A DNA stretch of 61,253 bases, filler included, from Diploschistes diacapsis (lineage: Eukaryota): NCBI GenBank assembly GCA_023645945.1. It is 5 parts of 5 records of this genome, joined end to end, with 100 filler letters (N's around TTAATTAATTAA, not from the genome) between each part and the next. Parts side by side here need not be neighbours in the genome. Positions count along the whole stretch, not along the records: positions 12,300 to 24,491 come from JALAIB010000765.1; 4 more parts are not named here. One strand, 5' to 3'. This document shows positions 12,300 to 24,591 of the stretch, piece by piece (position 1 is the stretch's first letter; the number at the start of each line of letters is the position of its first letter). Under the pieces are notes generated by a model. The model saw only the letters and a program-made list of their open reading frames with translations. It did not search any database and was not told where the DNA came from. The translations under genes were made by a program, and so were the position numbers.

Positions 12300-13081
12300 G
12301 GAGGTGGGAGGAGGCATTTTTATATATTCTGTAGAATGTCCTGGGGTGGGTGGATGCTATCGGACAGGTAGGTAGGTACATTCTGCAGGGAAGAAGGGCC
12401 CGGGTGCTAATCAGTCTTAGGAATAATTGAGTTCTTGCTGATCCGATGGAAGTGGAGCTTTACTTGCCTTTGCTACCCACCACATTTGCGGGGGAAGACG
12501 AAGACGTTGTTTTGTTGTACTCACCTCACTCAATAACGGACTCGATACCGGACCAATTAATTTTCCAGTTAGAGATAGATACCTTACTCCGCACTGCACT
12601 GCACTTGCACTCGATGTGGGCAAGCCTGGGGGCAAGATGCTGCGAGATATTCCCCACGAGTCTTCCTAGCATTTCGGTCATTTTAGAGGATATGCGAGGG
12701 GGAGAAGATCCCCATCCCTCGACCTCATAATTCTCTTGGAGTCACGAGTGAGTTGAAGGAATCCGTAGTCTACTTGTCAACTTGGAAGGGACATTGCAAT
12801 TTTCGCACCAATGACACACGCCTTGCCGAATTTGGTGGTGTCTAAAGCCTGCCTGTGGAAGTACCTAGGCACGTTGTAGATTTGACATCGCGAACCGAAG
12901 CTTGAGCCCGTAGAAGCCTATTTAATACAACCTCGAACTATGTTTCTTTAAAGCTGCAGCAGGGAGTTTACGGAGATGTTGAGGAGAAGTTGAGGTAATG
13001 TAGAATTCTTTATCATGAAGTACAAGTAAACTATCATATAGTAATAAGTTCTGCTGCCACTTAACCCTAACCCCGAAATTC

Positions 13082-14273
13082 AGGGCGCAGTTATTCTGAC
13101 GGAAATTAATTTTTTTTACCCCTTTAAGCCTAATAGGGCAGGTGGTTCCCGCGCACCCGCGGTATCTTAAAATGTATGTAAATTATATAGAATTATAAGT
13201 ATTCTCAATTTTTTTATCACATAATTTTAATTATTTAAAAAATGAAGCTATTTATAACTTCATTTTACTAATAAATATGTAGATGGGCGCGATGCAGCCC
13301 GTAGACCCCTTTAATCCCCCTCTGCCGCCCCAACGCCCGCTCCTGCAGCGCAGCCTCCCGTTGCTCTTCCCAGCCGGCCCCCGCGCTCCTTCTTTTCGTG
13401 TCCGGATGCGCTTTGAGGTAGGCGGCGCCGGCGTTGCGGACACCGTGGCGGGAGAGTTACTTACCGCCGGCGGCCTCGATGGCGGTGCGGAGGTCGGGGT
13501 CGTCGACGCCGCGGAGCTGTCGAACGATATCGGCGACCGAGAAGCCTAGGGAGATTTATCGGGCCGCGAGGTTTATAAAGACATTCGGGATCTTAACGCG
13601 GTCGGTTTTTTCGAGGCTATCGACGTGAGCGTCGGCGCACTTGCGGGTGCGCGATAGAACGACGTCGCCGTTGGATATGTGGATGGTCTTGATTATTATT
13701 TTATATTTTAACGCGTCTCGGGTTGTCTTTCTTTTCTTACTAAAGTTGACGACGTATAGGTCGATAGTCTATTCTTTCCGCCACCGGCGATATCGGAAAG
13801 TTTTCGTCGTTTTGTAGCGGTCCCGGAGGGATCAGACGTTGTCGACGAAGGGTTATAAGGTAGTTTACTGCGCGGCGGAGAGCGTGAGTTTTTCGTTTAC
13901 GGCGAAGAGACGTTCCCGTCACGCGACGAGATTTTCGGGGAAGACGTGGAGGCCGGAGGACGGCGTCGAGGAGCGAGAAGGGACGGCGGAGGGGGAGGGC
14001 GAGGGCGTAGGGGTTGGCGGCTCGTCGAGGGCGGCGTTGGCGTCGACGAGCAGGCGTTCTAGATCCTGCGATATTGTATTAATTAAGTAATAAGCTTCGA
14101 GATGTTTATTGTTCGAGATTGAGTATTCGATAGAGCTTCGAAATGCTCGAAAATTTGTATGGAGGAAAAAAAAAAAAAGAATGAAAAATTTGTTTAGTAG
14201 TAGAAAGGGAGCTTACCTACCTGTTTAGGAATAGGGGTAAAAAAAATAAATTTTAGTCAGAATAACTATGCTG
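13082..14273 (-). mobile_element. RIP-mutated non-autonomous Mutator-like (MULE) DNA transposon with ~65-bp TIRs
   Basis: TIR 13082-13150 is an imperfect reverse complement of 14207-14273 (shared core GGGGTAAAAAAAAT.AATTT..GTCAGAATAACT). Internal minus-strand frame ..KCADAHVDSLEKTDRVKIPNVFINLAAR*ISLGFSVADIVRQLRG..AIEAAGGK*LSRHGVRNA resembles fungal MULE transposase N-termini. Stops are TAA; sequence looks CpA/TpG-depleted by eye. No DDE domain seen. Confidence 0.75.
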
Positions 14274-16166
14274 GAAAGTCTCGGCCGCCGTAACCTTCCC
14301 GCTTGCGTCCATGTCGAAGATGAGCTGCTCGATCTGCCGCTCTCCGTACTCCAGCGTATCCACACCGAACCGTATCTCGCAATCGATACTAAACCAGCCG
14401 GAATTTGCACTCGGCGCGGTGCTCCCCGCCAGAACATTGAAGGCCGCTTGGCTCGTGCCGTTGGACGATGACGCGCGCAAGTTGGTCGGATATGCGCGGA
14501 CGCTGATCTCGCTCGAAGACACGGTCGCGTTGTCGTTGCTGGCCCATGTGATGATACTGAGACCGGGGAGATTCTCCGCGACGATTTAGATGCTCGAGTT
14601 GAGGTCCGGAAGCATCTGAAGTGTAGGTGCCCGCGAACTTGGCAGTCGCTTGCTGCTTGGCTGCCTGCTGGAGCGCTGGGAAGATATTAGTGGCAATCAG
14701 ATCTCCGACGACGGCGTTCAACCCGCCGTCGTCGGGGTTGCCTGCCGAGAGAGCGGGTGGGCAAGCACCGAGTACGTTGAAGCCCACATTAAAGTCTGGG
14801 ATTGGCACGATGAGTGTACTTCAATCGCTGAGGTTGACTTGCTTGGTGTAGGTTTCGAAGACACACCGGTTGATCGCGCCGCGGATAATCTCCCATGCTT
14901 TGCCACAGTACCTTGCGGAGAGTCGGTGTGTGTACCTGGCTTGAGCCAGTGCCGCGTTATTGACGGGCTGAAGAGCATGGAGTTGAGGATGCTACGCCCG
15001 GCATTAGTCATGTCACGCAGCAACGAGTACATGGCACCGTAAGAGCTACCTTCCTCCAGGGACTGTGCCCATCCGCTGCTATTACCGCTAATTGGGATCA
15101 CGCCAAGGTTAGTGGCTGGCGGATCCATGAGGCTGCTGTGTGTCATGTTGACGGGGGCGTAGATATAATCCTGGGTTAGTTCGGAAAATATCTGGTTGGT
15201 TATGCCATCTAAGACATGGCCAAGGAGCTGGAAGGCTTCGTGGTAGTAGGAAGGGGTCGTCGAGGGCAGAAAGTTAGGATGCACGTTCTTGTAGAATTGG
15301 AATAATTCTACATAAGACAAACGGTCAGTATAGCATACGAGAGGGAAATACTAGCTTCTGTCCTGGATCGTTAGCCTACCTGTACGGTTGCAGAGGTGAG
15401 CAAGCGAGCACTCTGGGATTTCAGCTCCGCTTAAGGGTGGCAAGCCAACTTGGAGGGGAGAGATGCCTTGCGAAGAGAGCTGGAAGTAAAGATCTGCGGT
15501 TTCTGCAGAACAAATAGTCAGCACCTTTCTTTCGCCGTCCGCGAAAACGAGCCCGGTGTCCACGAGCCAAAACCTACAATCTCTCGGGATTCCGCCGATT
15601 TGGTTCGCAATATCTCCCACCGTAATGTCCTCCCACCTGATTCTTGAGATGCCGTCGACGCCCTCTGGAGGGTCCCGTTGGCCAATTGCCGCGAGCTCTG
15701 GAACGCACTTGGTCACCGCATCTTGCTAGTACCCATTGCCAACCGACGGGATCATAGTGTACACGGTAATGAGCTTCGAAATGCTCCCAATACGGTATAC
15801 GCTGTCGGTGTCCGCTGTGTGAACACCTGAGCTGCTGTTGGCAACGCTGGCAGCCATGTAGTACCATTGCCAGAAGGGATCGGAGGAATTGTCAGTTGTG
15901 CTGAACATGCCGATGGACCAGGTAGTCACCCTTGCTGGCGGGTAGGGGTCACTGCTGGAGTTGTCGGCAGCTAACAGCGTCTCCGGATCATTCTTGGGAT
16001 TCGAAAAAGCCGCCTGTATGACCGGGGAGCTCGACAGAGCGGTTGGGGCAGGATACACCGGGCCTAGCAGCGGACAAGGGTTGAAGAGAGCTGCAGAGAC
16101 CAGCGAGGAGAGGAAGGCGCTGCCATACAGCAATCGGCTGGGCGCCGGATGAGACATATAAGTCAT
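14274..16166 (-). pseudogene. Secreted serine beta-lactamase/D-peptidase-like protein, pseudogene
   Basis: Signal peptide followed by CPLLGPVYPAP; catalytic SxxK in DSVYRIGSISKLITVY. TAG at 15726-15728 where Trp is expected, later frameshifts (~14890, ~14600), and a 3' end abutting the TIR element. Confidence 0.8.
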
Positions 16167-17253
16167 ATCGAAACATTATTCGGGTACCGATAGCAAGGTA
16201 AAAAAAAATAGAGTTACCACAAGGAAATAGAAAGGATGCCGAGTAGTAACATCCCAAGTCCAAGACTCCAGAAAGGTTAAGAGAAGAACAGGATCAAGCT
16301 AGGAGAAACAGCGAGTACATAGTGACATCGATATAATGCGCTATCTTTATATAACTAGCGCAATGGAGAACGATGCAGGCATCCTCCAACAGTCTGAAAT
16401 GAAATTCGAATTTCCAGTACCATGAGGCAGCTCAGATTCGGCATCCGCTACACGGCCAGATTAACTCTGCCTGTTTTATAGTAGTAAAGTAGTATAGGGC
16501 CTAGCGAAGCGGCCTTGCTGTCGGTCTACTCAATAGATAATCGTAGCTCTTGGACTCTGAGTCAGTCACGTTGTTGTACAAACCAGGAAGACATTTTGCC
16601 GCTGAGACTTCCAAGGAGTCAGAACCCTTTACTGCACATTGAAAGAAACTGCTAGAAGGTGGCCCAGGCTCAACTTGCTGAAGTACGAAAGTCTCAATAT
16701 CGGAGTCACGGAGTCTGACCCTCGCATAGCATAGCGTATGGCTAGGAATACAGGTAGAGGTTGAGCTAGCTTTCTCAGAACATCGCCAAAAAAGGGTGTC
16801 GTGAAGCGCTACCAGCCAACACCTTGCAAAAAAAAAATAAGGCCTCAGCCGAGCCTCCTTGTTGAGATAATATCAGTGATTCCCTTCGACCATCCCGTCG
16901 CCACTCATCATTGATGGTTCTCGCGATGTCCAACAACGTTCATCTCCGGTTTCAAACACTTTACAGTGTGTTCTTATGACGTAAGCAGCACATTCATAAC
17001 TATCGCCTCTAGCGTAGTACGCCTATTAGAATGGCTCGGTTGTGGAACTTGTGGGATCAGAGACTGTACATGGCACTATAATAGATAATTGGATAGTTGA
17101 GCGGGGACGTTCGTTCGAAGTAAAAATGCCGAATATGTGTGTCTCTCGGCACCTGGCAGCTCAGTCATCTTTGAAACATACTGCACTTCACCAAGTCAGC
17201 CGCCAAGGCTTTGCTTCTTCGCCTTCTGAAGATGTCGTTCCAAAACAAATCCT

Positions 17254-18363
17254 TTAGTGCCCTCCCGTTGTTGGCAGCCCCAGTGACACTTTGAAGCTAT
17301 CATAAATGAGCCACTGGAAGGCCGTCAGAGTTCCAATCATTAGGATCCTAACAGGCAGGCCATTCCATAGGCCTACGAAGCCGATGTTGCTATATATCCT
17401 CGACATAGCCGTCACTGCGCCTTCGCCGGCTTTTCACAACAGAACTTGTTAGCTTCCAAACGTGCGAAGAGCAAGAATGAGACTGATCGATGACTGAGAT
17501 TGATTGACTTACCCTTCCTATCCGCGTTCAATTTGCTCACCATAACATCAGCAGGATGACTGATGACGGCACATCCGATACCCGCGATGTAGCCTCCCAG
17601 AAAGCTAACACCGGTCTGTTGTAGCCCATTGAAGCTTTCCTTTGGCTTTCCCAAGAAATCGTAGATTGCGGTAACGGCGCGCTCGAACGTGGCAAATTTG
17701 ACCATGGTATACGGTATCTGCCTCGCCCAGAGCGGATACAGGCCCTTGTATAGTCCAGCATAGCCTTCCGTCGAGACGACCTTGTTCCATCCTTCACGAG
17801 CATTGCGTGCAAATGGCGGCAGGGTGGTCTGCATGCGAACCTTGATGGCTTCAAACGGACAGAGGGCGATGTCGGCAAGGAACTCGGCGGAGGCAGACGC
17901 GCCCAAGTACACAACGGTCTTATTCATGCCCGGAAACATCTTCTCGCCATACAGGTATTTGAAGACCTCGTAGAAGCCGTACTTGTTCGCGCCCTGAAAC
18001 GAGTAGCCGACCAATGTCGGACCCCATCCGTAGAAGATGCCGCGAATGCCTTCTTTAGAAGCAATTGACCTCCAGGCCTGGAGATTGGAACTGTACATCT
18101 TGGGATCTACCTGTCGCCTGCATTTCACAAGATCGAGAGGGGTGACGGAGCTATGCGTTGGGCCACAGGCTTAACACAACGGATTAGCCGCGGTAACAAG
18201 TAGCAAGGTAGTCAAAGGGTGAGATTTCAAACATAGGTGCCACGGTTTGTGCTGGACGGAGAAACGAACCGATTATTCCACCTAGCATGCACGCCCCAAA
18301 GTACGTGCCCGAGTAGGGTTCAATCTGTGTTTTTGCGACTTTGCTCTTTTGTAAGGTCGCCAT
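17254..18363 (-). CDS. PIC2: Mitochondrial phosphate carrier (SLC25, Pic2/Mir1-like), 3 exons
   Basis: Exons 18363-18270, 18169-17513 and 17429-17254. Carrier motifs [22 protein letters not shown] and [22 protein letters not shown] and [10 protein letters not shown]; ends GLPTTGGH*. Confidence 0.9.
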
Positions 18364-18780
18364 TGTGTGTATATTCCGACCAGGAAGGTGCTTATCTACA
18401 CTGCGTCGGCTTTGCTCCAAGAATTATATACCAGCTTCTACAAAGCAATGTCGACCAGCCTTTAGATTCGTAAAGTTAGCAAACAATTAATCTATTGACA
18501 CAGAGAAGGCGTACGCAAAGAACAAGAGCTTATCGGTCAAGCTCTCTAGGAGTGACGTCGCATGCCTGAATGTTCTACCAGGTGTGGTTTCACTACGGAG
18601 TTAAGCCCTAAGTACGAAAAGGCTTGGCAGAATACTTTTTATTTATTCCTAAGCGAAGCGCAGGACTATTATTGGCATATTAGTGTGTTTATGGGCGCAG
18701 AAAAAACCGTAGATAAGAAATTAACTCCGAAAGTAACAGTCAAGGGTTGGATTGGCTGAACTGAACTGAACTATTACGTG

Positions 18781-19140
18781 GCATCTTTTTTTGCATCTAC
18801 TGCTTTTTTTGCATCTACTGCTTTTTTTAAACCTACTGCTTTCACTTTCGCACCTATTGCTTTTGAATCTACTGCTTTCGACCTGCTGCTTTCGAATTTA
18901 CTGCTTTCGAATCTACTGCTTTGGCATCTACTGCTTTCGCATCTACTGCTTTCGCACCTACTACTTTCAAACCTACTGCTTTCGCATTTATTGCTTTCGA
19001 ACCTACTGCTTTCGCATTTACTACTTTCGTACTTACTGCTTTCGCATCTACTGCTTTCGAATCTACTGCTTTCGCATTTACTGCTTTCGAATCCACTGCT
19101 TTCGCATTTACTGCTTCCGAACCTATTGCTTTCGAATCTA
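18781..19140. repeat. 15-bp minisatellite (consensus GCATCTACTGCTTTC), about 24 degenerate copies
   Basis: Directly visible tandem array; it generates pentapeptide-repeat ORFs on both strands (ASTAF / KAVDA). Confidence 0.9.
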
Positions 19141-19941
19141 GAGGCCGTAGTAGTCTCAGCGCTTCACTCAATTCCAACGGCCTTTCCCTAGCTGTCAAAT
19201 TTAGCCATTGTCGTGGAAGTCTTAATAAAGGACTTTCTCTGCTGGATGAAAGTTATTTTGCACTTCTATGCCTAGTCGGTTAGATGTAATTGCCGCAAGT
19301 CATCTAGAGGCAGAACTTCTATCCAACATCGGAAGTTGGCGATTAGCAAATTTTGTATCGCTTGAACAGGCATCAGTGGATCCTGATTCGAGAAGAGATC
19401 GAAGCCAAATTCGCGCCAAAAGCTTTCAAGTTGTCTTAACGATTAGGCTTAATATCAACCCTAATCTGGGCTCAGTTGGGCCGCTTGCCAAATGGACTTG
19501 CTTTAATGATGTTTGGATGACTGGCAACTTTGATGCGCACTCAAAGACTCTCCTGAGATTTGGTATAAGGCTAACAGCCATGACCAATGCGCTTTAAGAA
19601 TCTTGCAGTTCCTCGCGTGTTCAGATCTGGGCGCTAGAGCTCAAAAGTGATCATCGATGCTTTCATTTCTAAGCCAGATTAAGGGTTTCCATTTGATGCC
19701 GTTTACTAACGCCTGACCAACTAGAGAGTACCAAAACATATTCCAGCCTCTTGTCTACTGTCGATGCCAACGGGTGTGAGAGTAGGTAGTATTAATCATA
19801 CTTCCATCGAGAGCAGCTTCCAAATTTCTCTCTACAGCAGACCTACGTCTCGTTGCAGTTAGCTTAATGCTAGCTTGCGAAACTCAATCCGGCTCGATGC
19901 CAGCTAAGCCCGCAACCTAATCATCCCTATCCCCACTTTAC

Positions 19942-21052
19942 TTATACCGTCCGTTGCTCCATATATCGTTTCACTGTCCAGTCGAAGACATTGTCGTGCT
20001 TGAAGCCACACCTGACGAAAAGATTTCGAAACTTCTTCCGCAGATATGAGTAGTCTGGAGTATCTCCAAATGCCAAGGAATTGATATGTTCAATATAGGC
20101 CGCAAACTCTGGTGGCTGCTTCTCGCAAAGCTCCTCGACATTGATGGATCTTTTCTTCTCCATGATAAGCGCGTTTCTCTGCTGCTCAGGCGTAACCTTT
20201 AGCCCTTGCCACGGAAGCCGACCGTTAAGGAAGTAAATTAGCATGTATCCAAGGCTTTCCATGTCATCACGTCGAGATTGCTCTAACCTGTGATCAGTTG
20301 TATTCGGTGCAAGCGAGGATAGGTTAAATAACTTACCAACTCCGAGATGACCATTAACGCTTGCGAAACGGGCTGTACCAAGAAGACGAGGATTAGAAGG
20401 TGCATTGCTGTGAGCTCGCTGAGGCCGATATTCTGTGGAAAGGCCAAGGTCAGTAATGTAGATGCAGTTTCCATTCCTGTTCATCCCCATTAAAAAATTC
20501 TCCGGCTTGATATCCCGATGGATAACATTTTTCGAATGTATAAACTGCAGCCTACAGATAAGCTGGTCGGCAAGTAGCAAAACTGTCTTGAGTGAGAATC
20601 GGCGGCCGCAGTAATTGAAAAGGTCCTCCAGGCTAGGTCCAAGGAGTTCGAAGACCAGAGCACGATACTCGCATTCCCATCCAAACCAGTAGACAGTGGG
20701 TATTCCTATGCCACCTGCTAGATGCTTGTAAACCTCAGCTTCTTCTCCGAGAAAAGATGGGTCAACCGAGACATGCTCAAGCTTGATCGCGACTTCTTCG
20801 TTAGTCTTTATATCATCGGCTGAATGCCCAATCAGTCAGCTTTCACCCATTTGATCCGTTCAGAATACCTAGATAGACTTCTCCAAAACCACCATTTCCA
20901 ATCCTGCGCTGCAAACGGTACCTTTTGTTGACCCGAAGATCCTGCCAACAGCACTCAGAACCTTCGGCATTGAAATACCGTACTGAGAAACTCACCAGTT
21001 GCTTCATTGACGATGTCTTTTGGCTCGAAAGCTCCGTTTCGTTAGCTAGCAT
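19942..21052 (-). CDS. Divergent casein kinase 1 (CK1/Hrr25-like) paralog, 4 exons, no C-terminal tail
   Basis: Exons 21052 (or 21007)-20996, 20941-20869, 20819-20337 and 20282-19942. Motifs IGNGGFGEVY, VAIKLE, LLGPSLEDLFNYC, HRDIKPENFLMG, DLG, GTARFASVN, EQSRRDDMESLGY, LPWQGLK and FDW. Confidence 0.88.
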
Positions 21053-21121
21053 TTTACGCTAAGTACGAGATATATAGAGTCGGCATATGCTAGAGGTTGA
21101 TCTGGTAACCCATATGCAGTA

Positions 21122-21165
21122 GTGTGGCGCCGCACTAATCAGCGCTAACCTTTGTTCTGGGGGTC
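21122..21165. repeat. Single copy of one arm of the 55.6-kb palindromic element
   Basis: gtgtggcgccgcactaatcagcgctaacctttgttctgggggtc is nearly identical to the reverse complement of 55592-55636. Confidence 0.75.
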
Positions 21166-21458
21166 CGATTAAGTTTTGCCGCCTAATCGCGGTCATTTCT
21201 CCACTTTCTTTGCTGTATAACTTTTACAACTGCGTAGAAAGATGTAGACAAAGCTGGTAACGTTAGGCAGCAGCGGCCACTTCTTTGTTTCATAGCTCTA
21301 GGGCAGTGAAGCAATCAATTGAAGAACCATGAAGACATGATTGCATAAGGCACGCAAGGCGCGACTCCAACCCTTCCAAGCACTGAGATATAAGTATGCT
21401 CTCCGCCCCCAAATATTCCGTCCTCTGCGCCTATGCATCTTCCATCTGGGACAGCATA

Positions 21459-22845
21459 ATGTCTGAAGCGCACACGTTCAGCCGAAAATTACCCCCCTAC
21501 AGCTTCTTCACCAACCCCAAAACCTTGATGGAAAAAAGGCGGATTCCAATCGGCAGAGGAAGCGAATACTGCATTCTGGGATGACCTCCCGACAGTGCCG
21601 CTCTGTCCTCGCGCGCTGAAGGAATTTGATGGAGGGAATTTGTTAGTTACTAGGACTGGCATCAACACTGCCAGAACTATCATCAGGTCTGCTACAAGGT
21701 CTGCTGCGCTGGTGAACTTGTCCACCCTGCACAGGGGGACGGTTGAAGTCTGTACAAACGAGCTGAAGCGGTTTGCCAGACGCGGCGGTCCAGATCTCCG
21801 AGATCTTAGAGGTGTACGAATGAACCATGCTGACTGCGTGATCAATGCTAACAAATTCTTTGCAGTACCTAGAACCTTTCGGAGCACTATCTTCAGGCCA
21901 CAGCATGCTACCCAAGGAAAGCACCTGCAAAACCTCTCTGGGTTCCAGCGCGTCTACCAAAAGAATAACTAGGAGAGCCTCTGCGTACGATCCCGGTTTC
22001 GAGCAGCATCTAATCAATTACGGCATATACCCCGATGGGTACGAGTACCCAGATGATCTGACTTCGGTAAAGCCAGATAATTGGGAAGAAATTCAGCGGA
22101 GACTTATCCAACCGAGACCATCCCTTTCACCGTCTAACTTCTCTGATAGAGCTTTTAGTGGTTTTAGGATGAAGCATATTCGAGCCCTGAACGAAACAGA
22201 AGTCATGATCAACATGTTCCCGATAATTAATGGGGACAGCAACACCCCTTCTGCGCTAAACAGAACCTTTGGAACCTAGTCCCGTTGACGAACGGCTCTA
22301 TTGTTAGCGCCCAGCCGGACGTTTACTACGGAGCTAGGCCCCAACAGCTGAAAGACCGTGTCCGAGAAGAGTTAAAAGTTTACATTGTCCCGTCCCCACA
22401 CCTGAGCGCCCCGATACTGCCCAACTACTTCATGGAAGGAAAAGGCCCTGAAGGCAGAGCCGCCGTGGCCCAAAGACAGGCCATGTTCGATGGTGCGGTT
22501 GGCGCTCGGGCAATGCATCATCTTCAGTCGTATGGCCAACCAGAACCAGTCTACGACAACAACGCATACACCATGACCTGTTTCTATTGTGATGGGACAC
22601 TCAAGATGTACACCATCCATACTACCGCACCAGCTAGTCCCGGAGGGCGGCCGCACTATCACATGAATCATTTACGTTCGTTTGCTCTGACTGACAGACC
22701 TGATACCTTCCGTGGGGGAGCAGCAGCATACCGGAACGCAAGAGACTGGGTCAAAGAGAACCATCGGAGAAAAGCAATCGAAGACGGGAATCAAGTAGGA
22801 GCAACCGCCTACAGCAATAAAGATTCTTCAACTTTTGAAACATGA
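21459..22845 (+). pseudogene. PD-(D/E)xK-nuclease-like fungal family protein (recalled as DUF7924-like), frameshifted
   Basis: FQSAEEANTAFWDDL..RALKEFD, PDLRDLRG|Y (intron 21814-21865), SAYDPGFEQHLI, AQPDVYYGARP..ILPNYFMEGKGPEG..RQAMFDGAVGARAM. 1-nt frameshift at ~22275 (FGN-LVPLTNG expected) and a disrupted 5' end. Confidence 0.65.
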
Positions 22846-23220
22846 GTTCAACGAATTTCGGTATTAGTTTCTTTGGGCCCCCAAAGTAATGAGCCATCAT
22901 TATCAGAACCAGTGGGTGCTAGTTACAATGTTCATTAGTGTATGAGCGGACATATCTCTATCATAGCCATCATGAATATATATCTTGCTTTTCGAGGCCT
23001 TCGCAAGCCTAACTTCCCGAGTCAAGAGCAACGCTCAGCCGACCTACACGCTTGAGGACGGCATGGCTCACGACGCCTTTTCGGCCGAGCTTCTGTTATA
23101 ACATTTAATCGATCGTTCGCTATCGATGTCAACTTTTACCCTCTGAAACATCTGTACTGTGCTTTTGGTATGGACTTTCTGTAACTCCGAAAGTCTCCAA
23201 GCAAGGTAGTTGATTGGTTG

Positions 23221-23289
23221 TGTGGTTTCGCTATTGGTCTTTTGGCTATGTGGCCTAGCGGTACGAAACTGGCGCTTTGCAAATAACTC
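23221..23289 (-). mobile_element. Degenerate inverted copy of the 110-bp element at 37642-37751
   Basis: Reverse complement matches ..caaagcgccagtttcgtaccgctaggccacatagccaaaagaccaa-tagcgaaaccaca, lacking the ~41-bp internal segment. Confidence 0.8.
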
Positions 23290-23723
23290 TAAATGTGCAG
23301 GTGTGGGATGCCGAGTTTTTTAAGCGTCTTCTTTACTTATTAGATATAGTGATAGACGAGGTTTAAGCCCAACTTCGTATTACAAGGCCAGAATTTATGA
23401 GAACAATTACTTCCTACTAATGGAATAGGTGACAATCCTGATTCTAACGTGAGTTTTTTGAGTTGTACTGAATCAGACTAGCACTCGTCGAGAGCATGGG
23501 GCATTCCTATTGAAGTCAATCAAAGCAGAGAAGAAATATACAATATCCATCTACATATATTCCCTTTACGTCTTTAGCTTCATAACCCCCAATATTTCCC
23601 TCATAAGTACCAGGTCCCACATCCCCATCCCTAGCCCTCCATCCCTGTCTTCCATCCAACACTCAGCAACCACACCACCTCTCTCCGCTCTGCTTCCCTC
23701 CTTTCTTTCCTTCCCAGAACAAA

Positions 23724-24325
23724 ATGCACGAGCTCCTCCTCTTCTCCACCGTCCCCTCTTCCCAGCACCGCCACCTCCTCTCCGTCCTCGCCGGCGTGAC
23801 GGCCATGCACCCGCTCCCCCTACACGAACATCACCTCATCTTCAAACCCACCCGCAAAGCGGCCCCCACTGCCGCACCTGGTCCGCGCCAAAATCCGCCT
23901 TCCAGATCTACAAGCGGCGGTATCGACGGTGCTACGGCGCAGATGGGAGGGGATGTATTCTACCTGCAGCTCGTCGGGGACGTATCGAAGCGCAGTGGTC
24001 GCAGGAGAGAGCGGCGGGTGCGGCGTGGTGGGGAGGACCATGGTGCGGGGAAGAAAGAGGGCGGAGAGGAGGGGAATGTTGTGATGCGGGGAACGAGCCA
24101 CGAGGAGGACAGCGGAGATGGAGACGTCAAAGGCGAGGCTGAGGACAAGGACAAGGATGAAGGTGCAGAAGCCGACCCTACGGACGCCGGATCTGCCGCC
24201 TGGACGCTCGAGTTCCGCGACCTGCCGGACGTGCCCGGCAAGCGGCCCGCCACGTCGCGGCTCATGTACAGCGTGCCGATCGCGCAGGGGAATCCGAGGG
24301 CGTTCGTTGAGGCTTTGGGGTATGC
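23724..24325 (+). CDS. MED18: Mediator subunit 18 (Srb5), first exon only; rest lost in gap
   Basis: MHELLLFSTVPSSQHRHLLSVLAGVTAMHP..HHLIFKP and WTLEFRDLPDVPGKRPATSR are typical of fungal Med18; GTGAGT donor at 24326. Confidence 0.8.
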
Positions 24326-24491
24326 GTGAGTATTTCTCTTTTTCCATATTAGGCCCTGCTTTTTCCTAGCCCTCCCTTACCCGTACATGCCCGTTTCACC
24401 CGTTCTTGCCCATTGTTGTTCTTTCCTATCCCTTCTTACCCTTCGTGCCCCTTTTTTGCCCCTCCTTTTCCCTTTTCCTTATCCCCTATCC

Positions 24492-24591
24492 NNNNNNNNN
24501 NNNNNNNNNNNNNNNNNNNNNNNNNNNNNNNNNNNTTAATTAATTAANNNNNNNNNNNNNNNNNNNNNNNNNNNNNNNNNNNNNNNNNNNN
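24492..24591. other. Artificial contig linker
   Basis: N44-TTAATTAATTAA-N44. Confidence 0.97.

Noticed and set aside
13061..13074. Telomere-like TAACCCTAACCC
   Set aside because: Only two units and internal; explainable as the GVRVK codons of the severed beta-lactamase tail or as chance.
18781..19140. CRISPR-like array
   Set aside because: Contiguous tandem units without unique spacers, eukaryotic context, and no cas genes.
18778..19283. Repeat-protein ORFs (LLLSH, IYCFR, KAVDS, ASTAF)
   Set aside because: By-products of the 15-bp satellite, which lacks stops in several frames; no independent gene signals.
19942..22845. Starship element
   Set aside because: No tyrosine-recombinase captain gene or element boundaries are visible on this contig.
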